Assembly: GCA_963796275.1 (NCBI GenBank)
Contig: CAWCKY010000004.1
Location: 1,536,001 to 1,600,000 of the forward strand
Length of the DNA: 64,000 nt
Origin: an uncultured Acidobacteriota bacterium
GTDB lineage: Bacteria > Acidobacteriota > Blastocatellia > RBC074
Direction: 5' to 3'
Below the pieces are notes generated by a model. It was not told the DNA's origin, searched no databases, and worked only from the letters and a program-made list of their open reading frames with translations. The translations under genes and the position numbers were made by a program. Every line of letters starts with the position of its first letter. Positions within the stretch are counted from its first letter, which is position 1. Shown one piece after another: positions 11,067 through 20,062 of this stretch.

Positions 11067-11222
11067 GGAAACAATTTTGCTCTATTCGACGTCGGACAAT
11101 ATAAGGCCTTCAGATGTGAAACGAAAGCGCGCAGTTCGTCTACTCGACGACGATCTGACCCAATTCTGGCGCTAGAAATATGCTCATTGGCAATAGCCCC
11201 GTAGAGATGTGTCCCAGTTACA

Positions 11223-11648
11223 CTATGCGCGGATCGCCTTCTTCGCCTTGGAGGCGATTGGCTCCGCGTCGCTCAAGGCTCTGAAGGTGATTAATCGCGC
11301 ATACCTCTTATTGCCGTCCACATCATTACCAAGATGGCGCGAGAACCAGACCGCCTCTTGAAATCTGTTGTCAGGCGATCGTCGCGTGAATATCTGACCG
11401 TTCCATTCGACAGTCGTGGCGCCGTCGTCATCCCGACTAAGAACAGTTGCACCGATTGAGGACCAGTCAAACGTGGGATATTCGCTCAAAGCCCGCTGAT
11501 AGTTGGGAGCAGGGTTTGATGAGATGGCGATCTGGCGTAGATGTGATTCGACGCCCTGGAGGCTCGCCGCAATCATACGAAGTACTTCTGTCTGTTCGGT
11601 TATTCGTTGCCCAAGCTTGACGATCAGTTTTTCGTCTATGTCCGACAT
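11223..11648 (-). CDS. DdrB-like ssDNA-binding/annealing protein
   Basis: AAGGAGGT RBS; NYQ..FDWSSIGA..VEWNGQIFTRR..AVWFSR..YARLITFR matches the motif order I recall for Deinococcus DdrB. Confidence 0.75.
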   Translation of the reverse strand: MSDIDEKLIVKLGQRITEQTEVLRMIAASLQGVESHLRQIAISSNPAPNYQRALSEYPTFDWSSIGATVLSRDDDGATTVEWNGQIFTRRSPDNRFQEAVWFSRHLGNDVDGNKRYARLITFRALSDAEPIASKAKKAIRA

Positions 11649-11844
11649 AATTACCTCCTTGTAACAGATTGAAGAAAGCCGTTTGAACCGCTTGACGTGA
11701 TTGGCAGCCATTGCAACCGGCGAGTCTTCAGATTGTGCACACCGATGCCGCCCGCTTTTGTTTCAGTTAAGGTGTAGAAGGAAATGACAAGATGAGTCGG
11801 CATCATTAGAGGTAAGTGTTATGAAACGTGTGTCCCCCGTCCCA

Positions 11845-11873
11845 TTGACATTCTACCAAAGACAATCGATACT
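11845..11873 (+). promoter_or_regulatory. sigma70-type promoter for the ADOP gene, overlapped by a CTACCA/TGGTAG inverted repeat
   Basis: TTGACA-17 bp-GATACT about 70 bp upstream of ATG 11946. Confidence 0.55.
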
Positions 11874-11945
11874 CTGGTAGATATTCCACAGCAACACACA
11901 ACCTGAATTGCCCCGAATCGATTTGAACTGAGAGGATATCCGGTA

Positions 11946-14620
11946 ATGCGTTGGTGGCACGAACTCAAATATCTCATCCGAAAATTGAACCGCAGACGTT
12001 CCGAGCATGAGGTTGAGGAGGAGATCCAGATCCCATCTGGAGATCGAAACCCGTGAAAAGATTGAGGCCGGTCTTTCGCCAGAAGAGGCGCGATATGCGG
12101 CGCGGCAGGCATTTGGCAGCGTCGCCATAGCTAAGGAGGACAGCCGCGCGGTCTGGGGATTGAGAACATTGGAGATACTTTGGCAGGACCTGCGCTATGG
12201 CCTGCGAATGATGCTGAAAAGGCCGGGTTTCACCCTGATTGCGATCGGCATGGTGGCGATCGGGGTCGCGGCGAATACGGCGGTCTTCAGCATTGCGGAT
12301 GGACTCATCCTGCGCCCTTTCGATTTCCCGGACCAGGATCGGCTGGTGATGATCTGGACCCAGAGCCGGTCAGCCGGCTTCCACCACAAGTGGATCCCGA
12401 ATCCTCTATTCACGGATTGGCAGGAACAGAATCAGAGCTTCGAGCAGCTCGTCCGTTTTAAAGGTAGATTGGATTATCTAACTGGAGCGCATGAACCGGA
12501 ACAGGTTTGGGGCAATCTCGTATCCGCCAATTTCTTCGATGCTCTCGGCGTAAAGGCTGCGCTCGGACGCGTCTTTCAAAAGGGGGAAGATGAGCCCGGA
12601 CGCGATAAGGTGGTGGTCCTCAGGCATAGTTTTTGGCAGCGCCGATTCAACTCCGATCCGGACATCATAGGCAAGACGATGTCAATCAATAAAATTACGT
12701 TCACCATCATCGGCGTGACGCCCGAGAAGTTCAATTTCCCAGCTCATTTTGATGGCCAGTTCTGGACGCCGTTCACATTGAGTGAGAAGGAAAAACGTGA
12801 TTACGAGCGTGGCGCCCACAACGCATTTGGATTGCTCAAACCCGGCGTCAGCATTGAACAGGCCGGCGCCGAGCTCAGTTCCATCTTGCGAAGGACGATG
12901 CCGCCTGACTACCAGAAATGGAACGCCCAGCCATCGGCCCAGGTGGTCGGGATGACTGAGGATTATGTGCGTGATACGAAAAAGTATCTGCCGCCGCTGA
13001 TCGGTACGGTGGCTTTTATGCTGTTGATTGTCTGCGCCAATGTAGCGAATATGCTTTTCAGCCGCGCCATCGGACGCAAGAAGGAGATCGCGGTGCGGCT
13101 GGCGCTGGGAGCGTCACGCCGGCGGTTGATCGGGCAGATGTTGACCGAAAGTATGCTGCTCGCGATCGCGGGCGGCCTCATCGGGCTGATCCTGTCGATC
13201 CTGGCGATCCATCTGTTCAAGGGGGCGATTCCGGAGGAGATGGCCCGTTTCACTCCCGGCTTCGAGCGTCTCGGCATCAATCGGAGCGCGCTGCTGTTCA
13301 ACCTACTGATTACGATGCTCACGGGTGTGCTCTTCGGCCTGGCGCCCGCGTGGCAGTCGAGCAGGCCCAATCTCAATGAATCATTGAAGGAAGGAAGAAA
13401 AGGCGCGTCGTCCGCGGGTTTGCGGAGCCGGCTGCGCGGCGCGCTGGTGATCGGGGAGGTCGCCCTGTCCCTGGCCCTGCTGATCGGCGCGGGGTTGATG
13501 CTGCGCAGCTTCGCGGCGATGCTCCGGGATGATTTCGGCTTCAAGCCTGAAAATGTCTTGAGCTTCGATCTTATGATGCATCGGGATTACGGGTGGACGG
13601 GTGATGAAGGGACTGGCGTCCGATGGAGGAGTGATGAATGGAATGGCGTCCGAAAATTCTATGATCGGGCGCTTAAACATCTTGAAACATTGCCCGGTGT
13701 CACAGCAGTTGGGGCGAGCAATGGACTACCGATGGGAACCAACGAGAATGGGCTGATCCGGCTTGCCGGCCCAACGCCGTCCGAACCGATCGAAAGGCTG
13801 GTCGACTATCGGGTAGTGACGCCCGGATATTTCAAGGCGATCGGCATGACAATGCTGCGCGGTCGCGACTTCACCGAGGCGGATAATGAACACGCGCCAG
13901 GAGCCTTGATCATCAATGAGGCTTTGGCTCGCCAGTTCTTCCCCAATCAGGATGTCATCGGAAAGCGGTTTGGTTTAGCTGAATCAATTATCGTCGGAAT
14001 CGTGGCGGACGCGCGAGACGATAATCTCGATAAGGCCGCGGCGCCAGGGTTCTACGCGCCATTCGCGCAGACCCCAAGGGTTGAAATGGGTATCGTTCTG
14101 CGTTCGACTGTTGAGCCGGAGGCGTTGATCGCCTCGGTCCGTAATGCGATAAAGGAACTCTATCCGGCCCAGCCAATCCTCGGTTTTAAAACAATGGAAC
14201 AGCGGATCTATGAGCGAACCGCGGCGAAATGGATCATGACAGTTGTGATGGGAGTATTTGCCGGGAATCGCGCTGCTGCTCGCCGGGCTGGGGCTTTATG
14301 GAGTAATGGCCTATGCCGTCTCCCAGAGGACGCACGAAATCGGCGTTCGCCTCGCGCTGGGCGCGCCGAGGGGCAACATTCTGCGGCTGATTCTGGGACA
14401 AGGGCTGAAGTTGACGCTGATCGGAATCGGGCTTGGAATGATGGGAGCGTTCGCGCTGACCAGATTCATGGTCTCGCTTCTCTATGGTGTCTCCACCGGA
14501 GATACTCTGACCTTTATCCTGGCCTGCTCGACCTTGGTAGGAGCGGCAATCCTGGCTTGTTTGTTACCGGCAAGGCAGGCGACGAAGGTAGACCCGATGG
14601 TCGCGCTGCGAGCGGAATAA
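11946..14620 (+). CDS. ADOP-family duplicated ABC permease (frameshifts near 12030 and 14262)
   Basis: [28 protein letters not shown], two MacB/FtsX repeats, [11 protein letters not shown] in shifted frame. Confidence 0.9.
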
Positions 14621-14639
14621 CGCATTCGAGATGGTCTCA

Positions 14640-15890
14640 TCAATCCAACTCAACAGCCTTGCCCCAGGGCGCTTCGCTCTTCCCTTCCGGGACGGCCCAT
14701 AAGACCGGAAACGTTGGCTCCTCACCAGCCTCGCCTTCGAGGTCTGTCAAGTAGATAAGCATATCCGGCTTCCACCTTGCCGCTTCTGCTATAGCCGGCC
14801 TGAAATCCGTTCCTCCACCACCCCTGAACTTAAATCCGCGCAGCAGTTTTGCGCCGTCACGCCCGGAAAAATCGAGAATCTGATGAACATCTGCGTCACA
14901 AACGATTAAGCGAAGAAGTGGTTCGGTCTTTTCGAGCACTGATGCTACTTCGGCGGCGAAACGTCTGAGAAGCGATTCCTCAATGGAACCGGAAGTGTCC
15001 ACGGCGAGCGCGATACGCCCTGTTCGACTGGCGATCGCAGTGCGTTCGAATGGCAGATCGACGCCCTCGCGTTCCCTGAGATCGCTCTCCAGCGCGAGCC
15101 AGCGGCGTGATGGTCGCGACGGATCAGGCCTGCGTTTGCGCCGCGCATAGCGAAAAAGGAAATCTTTCAGAATTCGCTCCCACGGCGTCTTCACTTTCGG
15201 CAATTCGCACGCGAGTCGTTTGAATATCCCGGCGAGCGAACCGCGCGCCATCTTCAGACGCGAGCTCCAGGCCCGAATCTCCTGTTCAATAGAAAAGCCG
15301 CTTTCCGGTTGCGAGATTCCCATTGCCGGCGCCCTGAGCGATTGTGCGATATCTTTTCCGCTGAATCCCTCACCCGAACCGAAGGTGTGAAAATCGATAC
15401 AGCTGCGATTCTTCGCGAGCAGGTGGTACAGCGATTCTGAGGACCATCGCCTCACGGTTTCGGCGGGATTGTCATCTTGCTTCCAGTGATCCAGAGGAAC
15501 CAGCAATGCCTCGAGAGTCACCGCGATATCAGGAGCGCGGACGCCTCGTACTCCATCGAGTGCGGCGTTAATGATGGCATCGCAGGCCAGGTTATAGAGC
15601 TGCGCATCGAAATCTTGTGTTCGCCGCTCCATGTCACGCTCGCGCGCAGGATGGGCCAGCGCCACATGCAGCAGTTCGTGAAGGACGATGAATCGCCGCT
15701 CGGCGTCGGCATATTTCTCATAACGCAGCCCGGCCTCGACGTGAATGCCGTCCGTGCGAGCGATCAGGTCCGGATCGTCGGCATCCATAAACTTCACCCA
15801 GAGCGCGACGCCGCCGAGCCCTGGCATCGCCTCGATGGCGTCTCTCAAATCCGGTCCCATTCTCGTTGCGACAGAGTTCAAACGATTCAC
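14640..15890 (-). CDS. DUF2201-type metallopeptidase-VWA domain protein
   Basis: ARTDG, HELLH (HExxH), NLACDAIIN, MIDAS DTSGS, GGGGTDFRP, YLTD; GTG start overlaps upstream stop. Confidence 0.9.
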   Translation of the reverse strand: MNRLNSVATRMGPDLRDAIEAMPGLGGVALWVKFMDADDPDLIARTDGIHVEAGLRYEKYADAERRFIVLHELLHVALAHPARERDMERRTQDFDAQLYNLACDAIINAALDGVRGVRAPDIAVTLEALLVPLDHWKQDDNPAETVRRWSSESLYHLLAKNRSCIDFHTFGSGEGFSGKDIAQSLRAPAMGISQPESGFSIEQEIRAWSSRLKMARGSLAGIFKRLACELPKVKTPWERILKDFLFRYARRKRRPDPSRPSRRWLALESDLREREGVDLPFERTAIASRTGRIALAVDTSGSIEESLLRRFAAEVASVLEKTEPLLRLIVCDADVHQILDFSGRDGAKLLRGFKFRGGGGTDFRPAIAEAARWKPDMLIYLTDLEGEAGEEPTFPVLWAVPEGKSEAPWGKAVELD

Positions 15891-16837
15891 GTGGTGCCCT
15901 CCCTCCTCGCCAGAGCGTCGAACCGCGCCATATCTTGACCGCGCGCTTCCAGCCATTTCCGTAGTTCGCGTCGGGCTGCCATCTTTTCACGGGCCGAAGA
16001 CTTTTCGAGGAGCCCGCCGATGTCCCAGGTCAGAGATGCAGGGTATTCATCGTAACCGCTTTTTCGATTATAAGCTCCGTCATTGTACTCATAGCTCCAG
16101 CCCACGAGACGGTTCTCCGAAAGGGCGATAGCCATCAACCCTCCCAGCAGCTCCGAGTGGTAGCAGTCGCTACTTCCAAGGTACGGTCCGGCCCCGTCCG
16201 TCGCCGCGTAGAGGCGAATCTCTTCGTCCTCGTGCGCCTCGATGTCCGGCTCGGTCAGTATGAAGAGTTTCATCAGCCGTTCGAGTTCGGCCCGCGAACC
16301 CGTTTCGAAATAGAGTTCACAGTCCTCACCAGAAGGGTCGAAGAACGGATCCTCCATCTGCGGACAGATATGTTCGGAGAAATGATCGCGAAGCAGATCA
16401 CCGATCGCGTCTTCGTCGCCTTCGCAGTCACACCTGACCTTTTCTAGATCGAGGTCATGCCCGAAGAACTCATAGTGCGAGTCTTCTTTGGTGACGCCGA
16501 TCCCGTCGGCTCGGAAGACGACCTGGACGTCATCGGAACCGAAGTCCATTGTCGTCGCCAGATGAGGGATCCGGCTGCTGACAAAACCGATCCGCTCGTC
16601 CAACGAGCCGCTGACACCGCGCCCGACCCTGGCGATGATTCGATGGCCGGAGTAGTCGAACGCCACGCCGGAGTATATCTCCGAGAGACGCTCGCATAAT
16701 CCCTGACCAAAGTCTTCGCGAATTGGCGCTTTGCCATCTCGTTCGCGATGAAAGTTAACGAAGCGCAGAAGCGAATCCGCTTCGTCATAATTCAGTTTCG
16801 CCTCGCGCGCCTTCTCATCAAGGTTCGTGAAATCCAT
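15887..16837 (-). CDS. Hypothetical acidic protein, paralog of 36307-37257
   Basis: GAGGAGGAG RBS; operonic between ATPase and VWA; colinear with the second copy. Confidence 0.8.
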   Translation of the reverse strand: MDFTNLDEKAREAKLNYDEADSLLRFVNFHRERDGKAPIREDFGQGLCERLSEIYSGVAFDYSGHRIIARVGRGVSGSLDERIGFVSSRIPHLATTMDFGSDDVQVVFRADGIGVTKEDSHYEFFGHDLDLEKVRCDCEGDEDAIGDLLRDHFSEHICPQMEDPFFDPSGEDCELYFETGSRAELERLMKLFILTEPDIEAHEDEEIRLYAATDGAGPYLGSSDCYHSELLGGLMAIALSENRLVGWSYEYNDGAYNRKSGYDEYPASLTWDIGGLLEKSSAREKMAARRELRKWLEARGQDMARFDALARREGTT

Positions 16838-16852
16838 ACTCCTCCTCTCTAA

Positions 16853-17941
16853 TCAAGTTCTCTGCTTAAGCGCGTGGTGATCTCCGCGCCGCTTTTCATC
16901 GAAGCGAATGAAAGCCGGATCGTCGCCGCAGTCGAGACCGAGTTTAAGCGCGCGTTCCAAAACCAAGCTTCCGGCGAGAGTCTGAATATCAGCCAGCGGC
17001 AGACTGTTATGAGAAGTCCCGCGCAACTCATCGAGCGCATCCACAGCACCCATTATCTTGCTCAGGTTCTCCGCATTCACTGAGGCGGCCAGCGCGTAGG
17101 CCATACTATACAAACCGTTGATCGTCGCAGGAACTACCTTGTGCAGTCGCTGGCGCGGCGTCGAGATGATCTTCTCGACCGATGCGAGGTGCTTGAGCTC
17201 GTCGGCGACGGTCAGAAACTCGTGCGCGGTCGAATCGCCGACCAGTCCGCTGAGGAGGATTTCGCGTTCGCGTTTGCCAACGCAGTTCTTCCACACCTCA
17301 GAGACTCGCTCCCACGAACGCGGGCTGGGAGTGATCGCGTGATCGGCGCGTCGCATCTCCGCCGTCCCGATCAGCAGATCAGGACGGACCTGGATGAAAG
17401 CCATCACTTCGGGCGCGACGTCGTTCTCCATAGCCCATGCCAGCCAGTCCTGCGCGGTCGGCTCAATGACTAGATGCACAAGTCGATCGTTCATCGCGGT
17501 GCCGAGATCGCAAGAGATCGCGCCATCTTCAGGACGATTGCCCGCGGCGATGATCCGCCACTGTTCGCCGAGCGTCCAATCAGCGACGCGCCGCTCCAGA
17601 ATCAGGCCGTAAGCGGCGATGCGGGTCTGTTCATCGGCGCCGGGAAGTTCGTCGAGGAATAGAATGCCCGGTTCATCTTCACGTGGCAGGAAATCGGGAA
17701 GGTAAAAGGTCGTCAGTTTGTTTTGATTGTCGAGAGCTGGTAATCCGCCGATGTCGGAAGCCGTCTTCTGCGACAATCTTACGTCCCGCAGTTTGGCTTC
17801 GCGCAGCCGTGCAAGTTGAGTAACTAACATCGATTTGCCGACGCCGGCGCTACCCCAGAGCATGACCGAAAGTCTGAGCGGCCAGAGCGCATGGATCGCC
17901 GAGATTGCCTCCGACGGCGTACACGACATTGTATTGATCAT
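16853..17941 (-). CDS. MoxR-like AAA+ ATPase
   Basis: Walker A GSAGVGKS, Walker B ILFLDE, AAGNR, SPRSWE. Confidence 0.92.
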   Translation of the reverse strand: MINTMSCTPSEAISAIHALWPLRLSVMLWGSAGVGKSMLVTQLARLREAKLRDVRLSQKTASDIGGLPALDNQNKLTTFYLPDFLPREDEPGILFLDELPGADEQTRIAAYGLILERRVADWTLGEQWRIIAAGNRPEDGAISCDLGTAMNDRLVHLVIEPTAQDWLAWAMENDVAPEVMAFIQVRPDLLIGTAEMRRADHAITPSPRSWERVSEVWKNCVGKREREILLSGLVGDSTAHEFLTVADELKHLASVEKIISTPRQRLHKVVPATINGLYSMAYALAASVNAENLSKIMGAVDALDELRGTSHNSLPLADIQTLAGSLVLERALKLGLDCGDDPAFIRFDEKRRGDHHALKQRT

Positions 17942-17983
17942 GACGTTTGCTCCTCTGACAGGTGGATACCAATGGTTGTGAGA

Positions 17984-18724
17984 TCAGGTACGTTCGGCTG
18001 CCGTCCGCACATTTTTCCCACGGGCATTCAACGCGGCGCTGACTTCTGTCCCGCACATCCAGAGCCTCAATCTGATGTGAGCGGCGAGATTTCCTGCAGG
18101 CGGAATCGAACCAATCCGGGCATAGACGAGGTCTTCAGCGGCTGAGCGTGTAGAGATGATCTGCGGAAGGCATCGTGAATCGTTCGTCTCAGTAAGGGCG
18201 ATGGTCGTTCCCAGCAGTTCTTCCGAGAGGAAGATTCCGAAACTGTTGTGAGTAATCATGGCAGCGGCGTCGGGATTGTCCGGCGCGAACTCACATGGAT
18301 TGTCAAAGAAGTCGATCAGCGCGAGATAATCATTGGGAAGGCCTCCCCAACGCGCAGCCAATCCTTCGGCGGGTTCTTCTTTGACCTGCTCGAGCCAGCG
18401 AGGCGGCTTACGGCGGCGCGTCCAGTAATCGGCATCGGCCTCCAGCAGCCATTCCGCCAATGTAACGACTCGTCCGAGGTCTTCCACCTGATGGTCGCGG
18501 AACAGATCGCGAGTCGAAATGACAGTCCCGTCTTCGGCATGGATCGCTTCGCCATGAATCCTGACCGACAGCCACTCCCCGAAATCTGAATGGATGAACA
18601 TTCGGTGCTGCATGCTTGGAAAGATCATCTTGCTGCGATCGATCCAATCGTGGATCGCGATCCAATCCTGCCATCGGCCACCGTAGCGGTGAGCGGTGAT
18701 ACGAGCATGTTGTAGTGGTTTCAT
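17984..18724 (-). CDS. DUF6915-like protein with a tandem domain duplication
   Basis: PLQHA..RYGG..DWIAIHDWID..HRMFIHSDFG; second repeat RWGG..DYLALIDFFD..THNSFG. Confidence 0.7.
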   Translation of the reverse strand: MKPLQHARITAHRYGGRWQDWIAIHDWIDRSKMIFPSMQHRMFIHSDFGEWLSVRIHGEAIHAEDGTVISTRDLFRDHQVEDLGRVVTLAEWLLEADADYWTRRRKPPRWLEQVKEEPAEGLAARWGGLPNDYLALIDFFDNPCEFAPDNPDAAAMITHNSFGIFLSEELLGTTIALTETNDSRCLPQIISTRSAAEDLVYARIGSIPPAGNLAAHIRLRLWMCGTEVSAALNARGKNVRTAAERT

Positions 18725-18863
18725 CTTCGACTCTCCCCGATCCGAAAAGAATCCCATATACCAAAGATACCTTTTGGCATGACAGAAAATGAATCGGCTA
18801 TTGCCACTTATGATTAGGAAGGCACAGGATGTGATGCTTGCCTTCGGGCGAATCGCTCTCTCT

Positions 18864-19410
18864 TTAGAGAGGCTGATTCGTAGAACGATCGTCTCCAGAG
18901 CGTCCCTCTGAATCGATCGAGGCCCTCATCCTGGCGCGGGCTTCGAGCGGCGACGGAGCAATGCGCCCTTGCTCATACAGCATTGCCCAGAGCCGCGCAT
19001 ACAGATCGCCTTGCCGCCACGATTTCATGATCTCCCATTAATCCACGCGCACTAATTGCGTCAGATTGCCCTTTGGTTTGCTCCGCGGAAAAATAGGCGC
19101 AACCGAACGGATTGACGGCATGTATGCTGCACAGATCGTTTTTCAGAAAACGGCAGGCGCCATCCGGCCTCCTGGCGGGGACGATAGTCGGGATGGCGAA
19201 TATTTCTCCATGCGCGACTACGAGCGCGCCAGGGCTTGCAAGGAGATTATCGAGAGCGAATCGCACGACGTCGTCTTCGCCCAGATAATCAGCGATACGC
19301 CGCAAGTCATCTGGTATGAGGTATCCCGGCAATCCGTAACAATTGCAGAGGCACGCAGAACAAGCGCACTCAATACGCTTGAATTCGAATTCGGTCCTTT
19401 CATCCACCAT
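18864..19410 (-). CDS. YkgJ-like Cys-cluster (Zn/Fe-chelating) protein, frameshift near 19035
   Basis: CACSACLCNC, GACRFL..CSIHAVNPFGC. Confidence 0.75.
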
Positions 19411-19650
19411 TTATAGCCCTCCTGTTGCGTCGCGATGATAAAGACATTGGCACCCACTACTCGCACAGTAGCGGGATACAGCGGCTTGCGTTGGTATTCA
19501 TGATTTGAAGCCCTCGATTGCTGTGTATCGACGCTCGCCCTTCTGCTATCCGCGATAATTTCCTTATTTCCTTAGTGTCGAGTTACTAACAATGGCTTAA
19601 TCAGTTATCAGAGAATTTAGCCATTCGGCATGACGCATCCGTTGAATCTT

Positions 19651-19705
19651 TCCTTGACACTCTAGGGATGAGCGTGGCACCATCTTCCCCAGTTTTTCTA
19701 GGAGG
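19651..19705. promoter_or_regulatory. Two imperfect palindromes upstream of padR, candidate autoregulatory operators
   Basis: TCCTTGACACTCTAGGGA (contains TTGACA) and TCCCCAGTTTTTCTAGGA (overlaps the RBS). Confidence 0.5.
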
Positions 19706-19711
19706 AACAGA

Positions 19712-20047
19712 ATGGCAGCTAAAGATAGGGCCGACCTTCTGCAGGGCACGCTCGACATGCTGATACTCAAAGCACTTTCTCTGGGACCGATGCACGGCTA
19801 TGGCGTCGGGCAGCGCATCATGCAACTGGCTGAAGACCTGCTCAGAGTTGAGGAAGGCTCACTCTATCCGGCGCTCTACCGGGTGGAAGAACGCGGCTGG
19901 ATCGAATCGGAATGGGGTACATCTGAGAATAACCGCCGCGCTCGTTTCTATCGACTCACCCGTGCCGGCCGCAAACAACTCCAGGTGGAAGAAGAGAATT
20001 GGCAGCGATTCGTGCTGGCTATCGGTAAAGTGATGCAAACAGCGTAA
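19712..20047 (+). CDS. padR: PadR-family transcriptional regulator, acidobacterial type
   Basis: LLQGTLDMLILKAL..MHGYG..EEGSLYPALYR..SENNRRARFYRLT. Confidence 0.96.
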   Translation: MAAKDRADLLQGTLDMLILKALSLGPMHGYGVGQRIMQLAEDLLRVEEGSLYPALYRVEERGWIESEWGTSENNRRARFYRLTRAGRKQLQVEEENWQRFVLAIGKVMQTA

Positions 20048-20062
20048 GGGGCGTTCTAAACC

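Noticed and set aside
12007-14754. 915-aa ORF taken as one protein with unusual termini
   Set aside because: Both ends are frameshift artefacts; the real gene runs 11946-14620
9843-18871. Two similar short hairpins CTCT-CTTT-AGAG near 9843 and 18856
   Set aside because: Short, low-complexity stems; one overlaps a stop codon; chance or simple terminators
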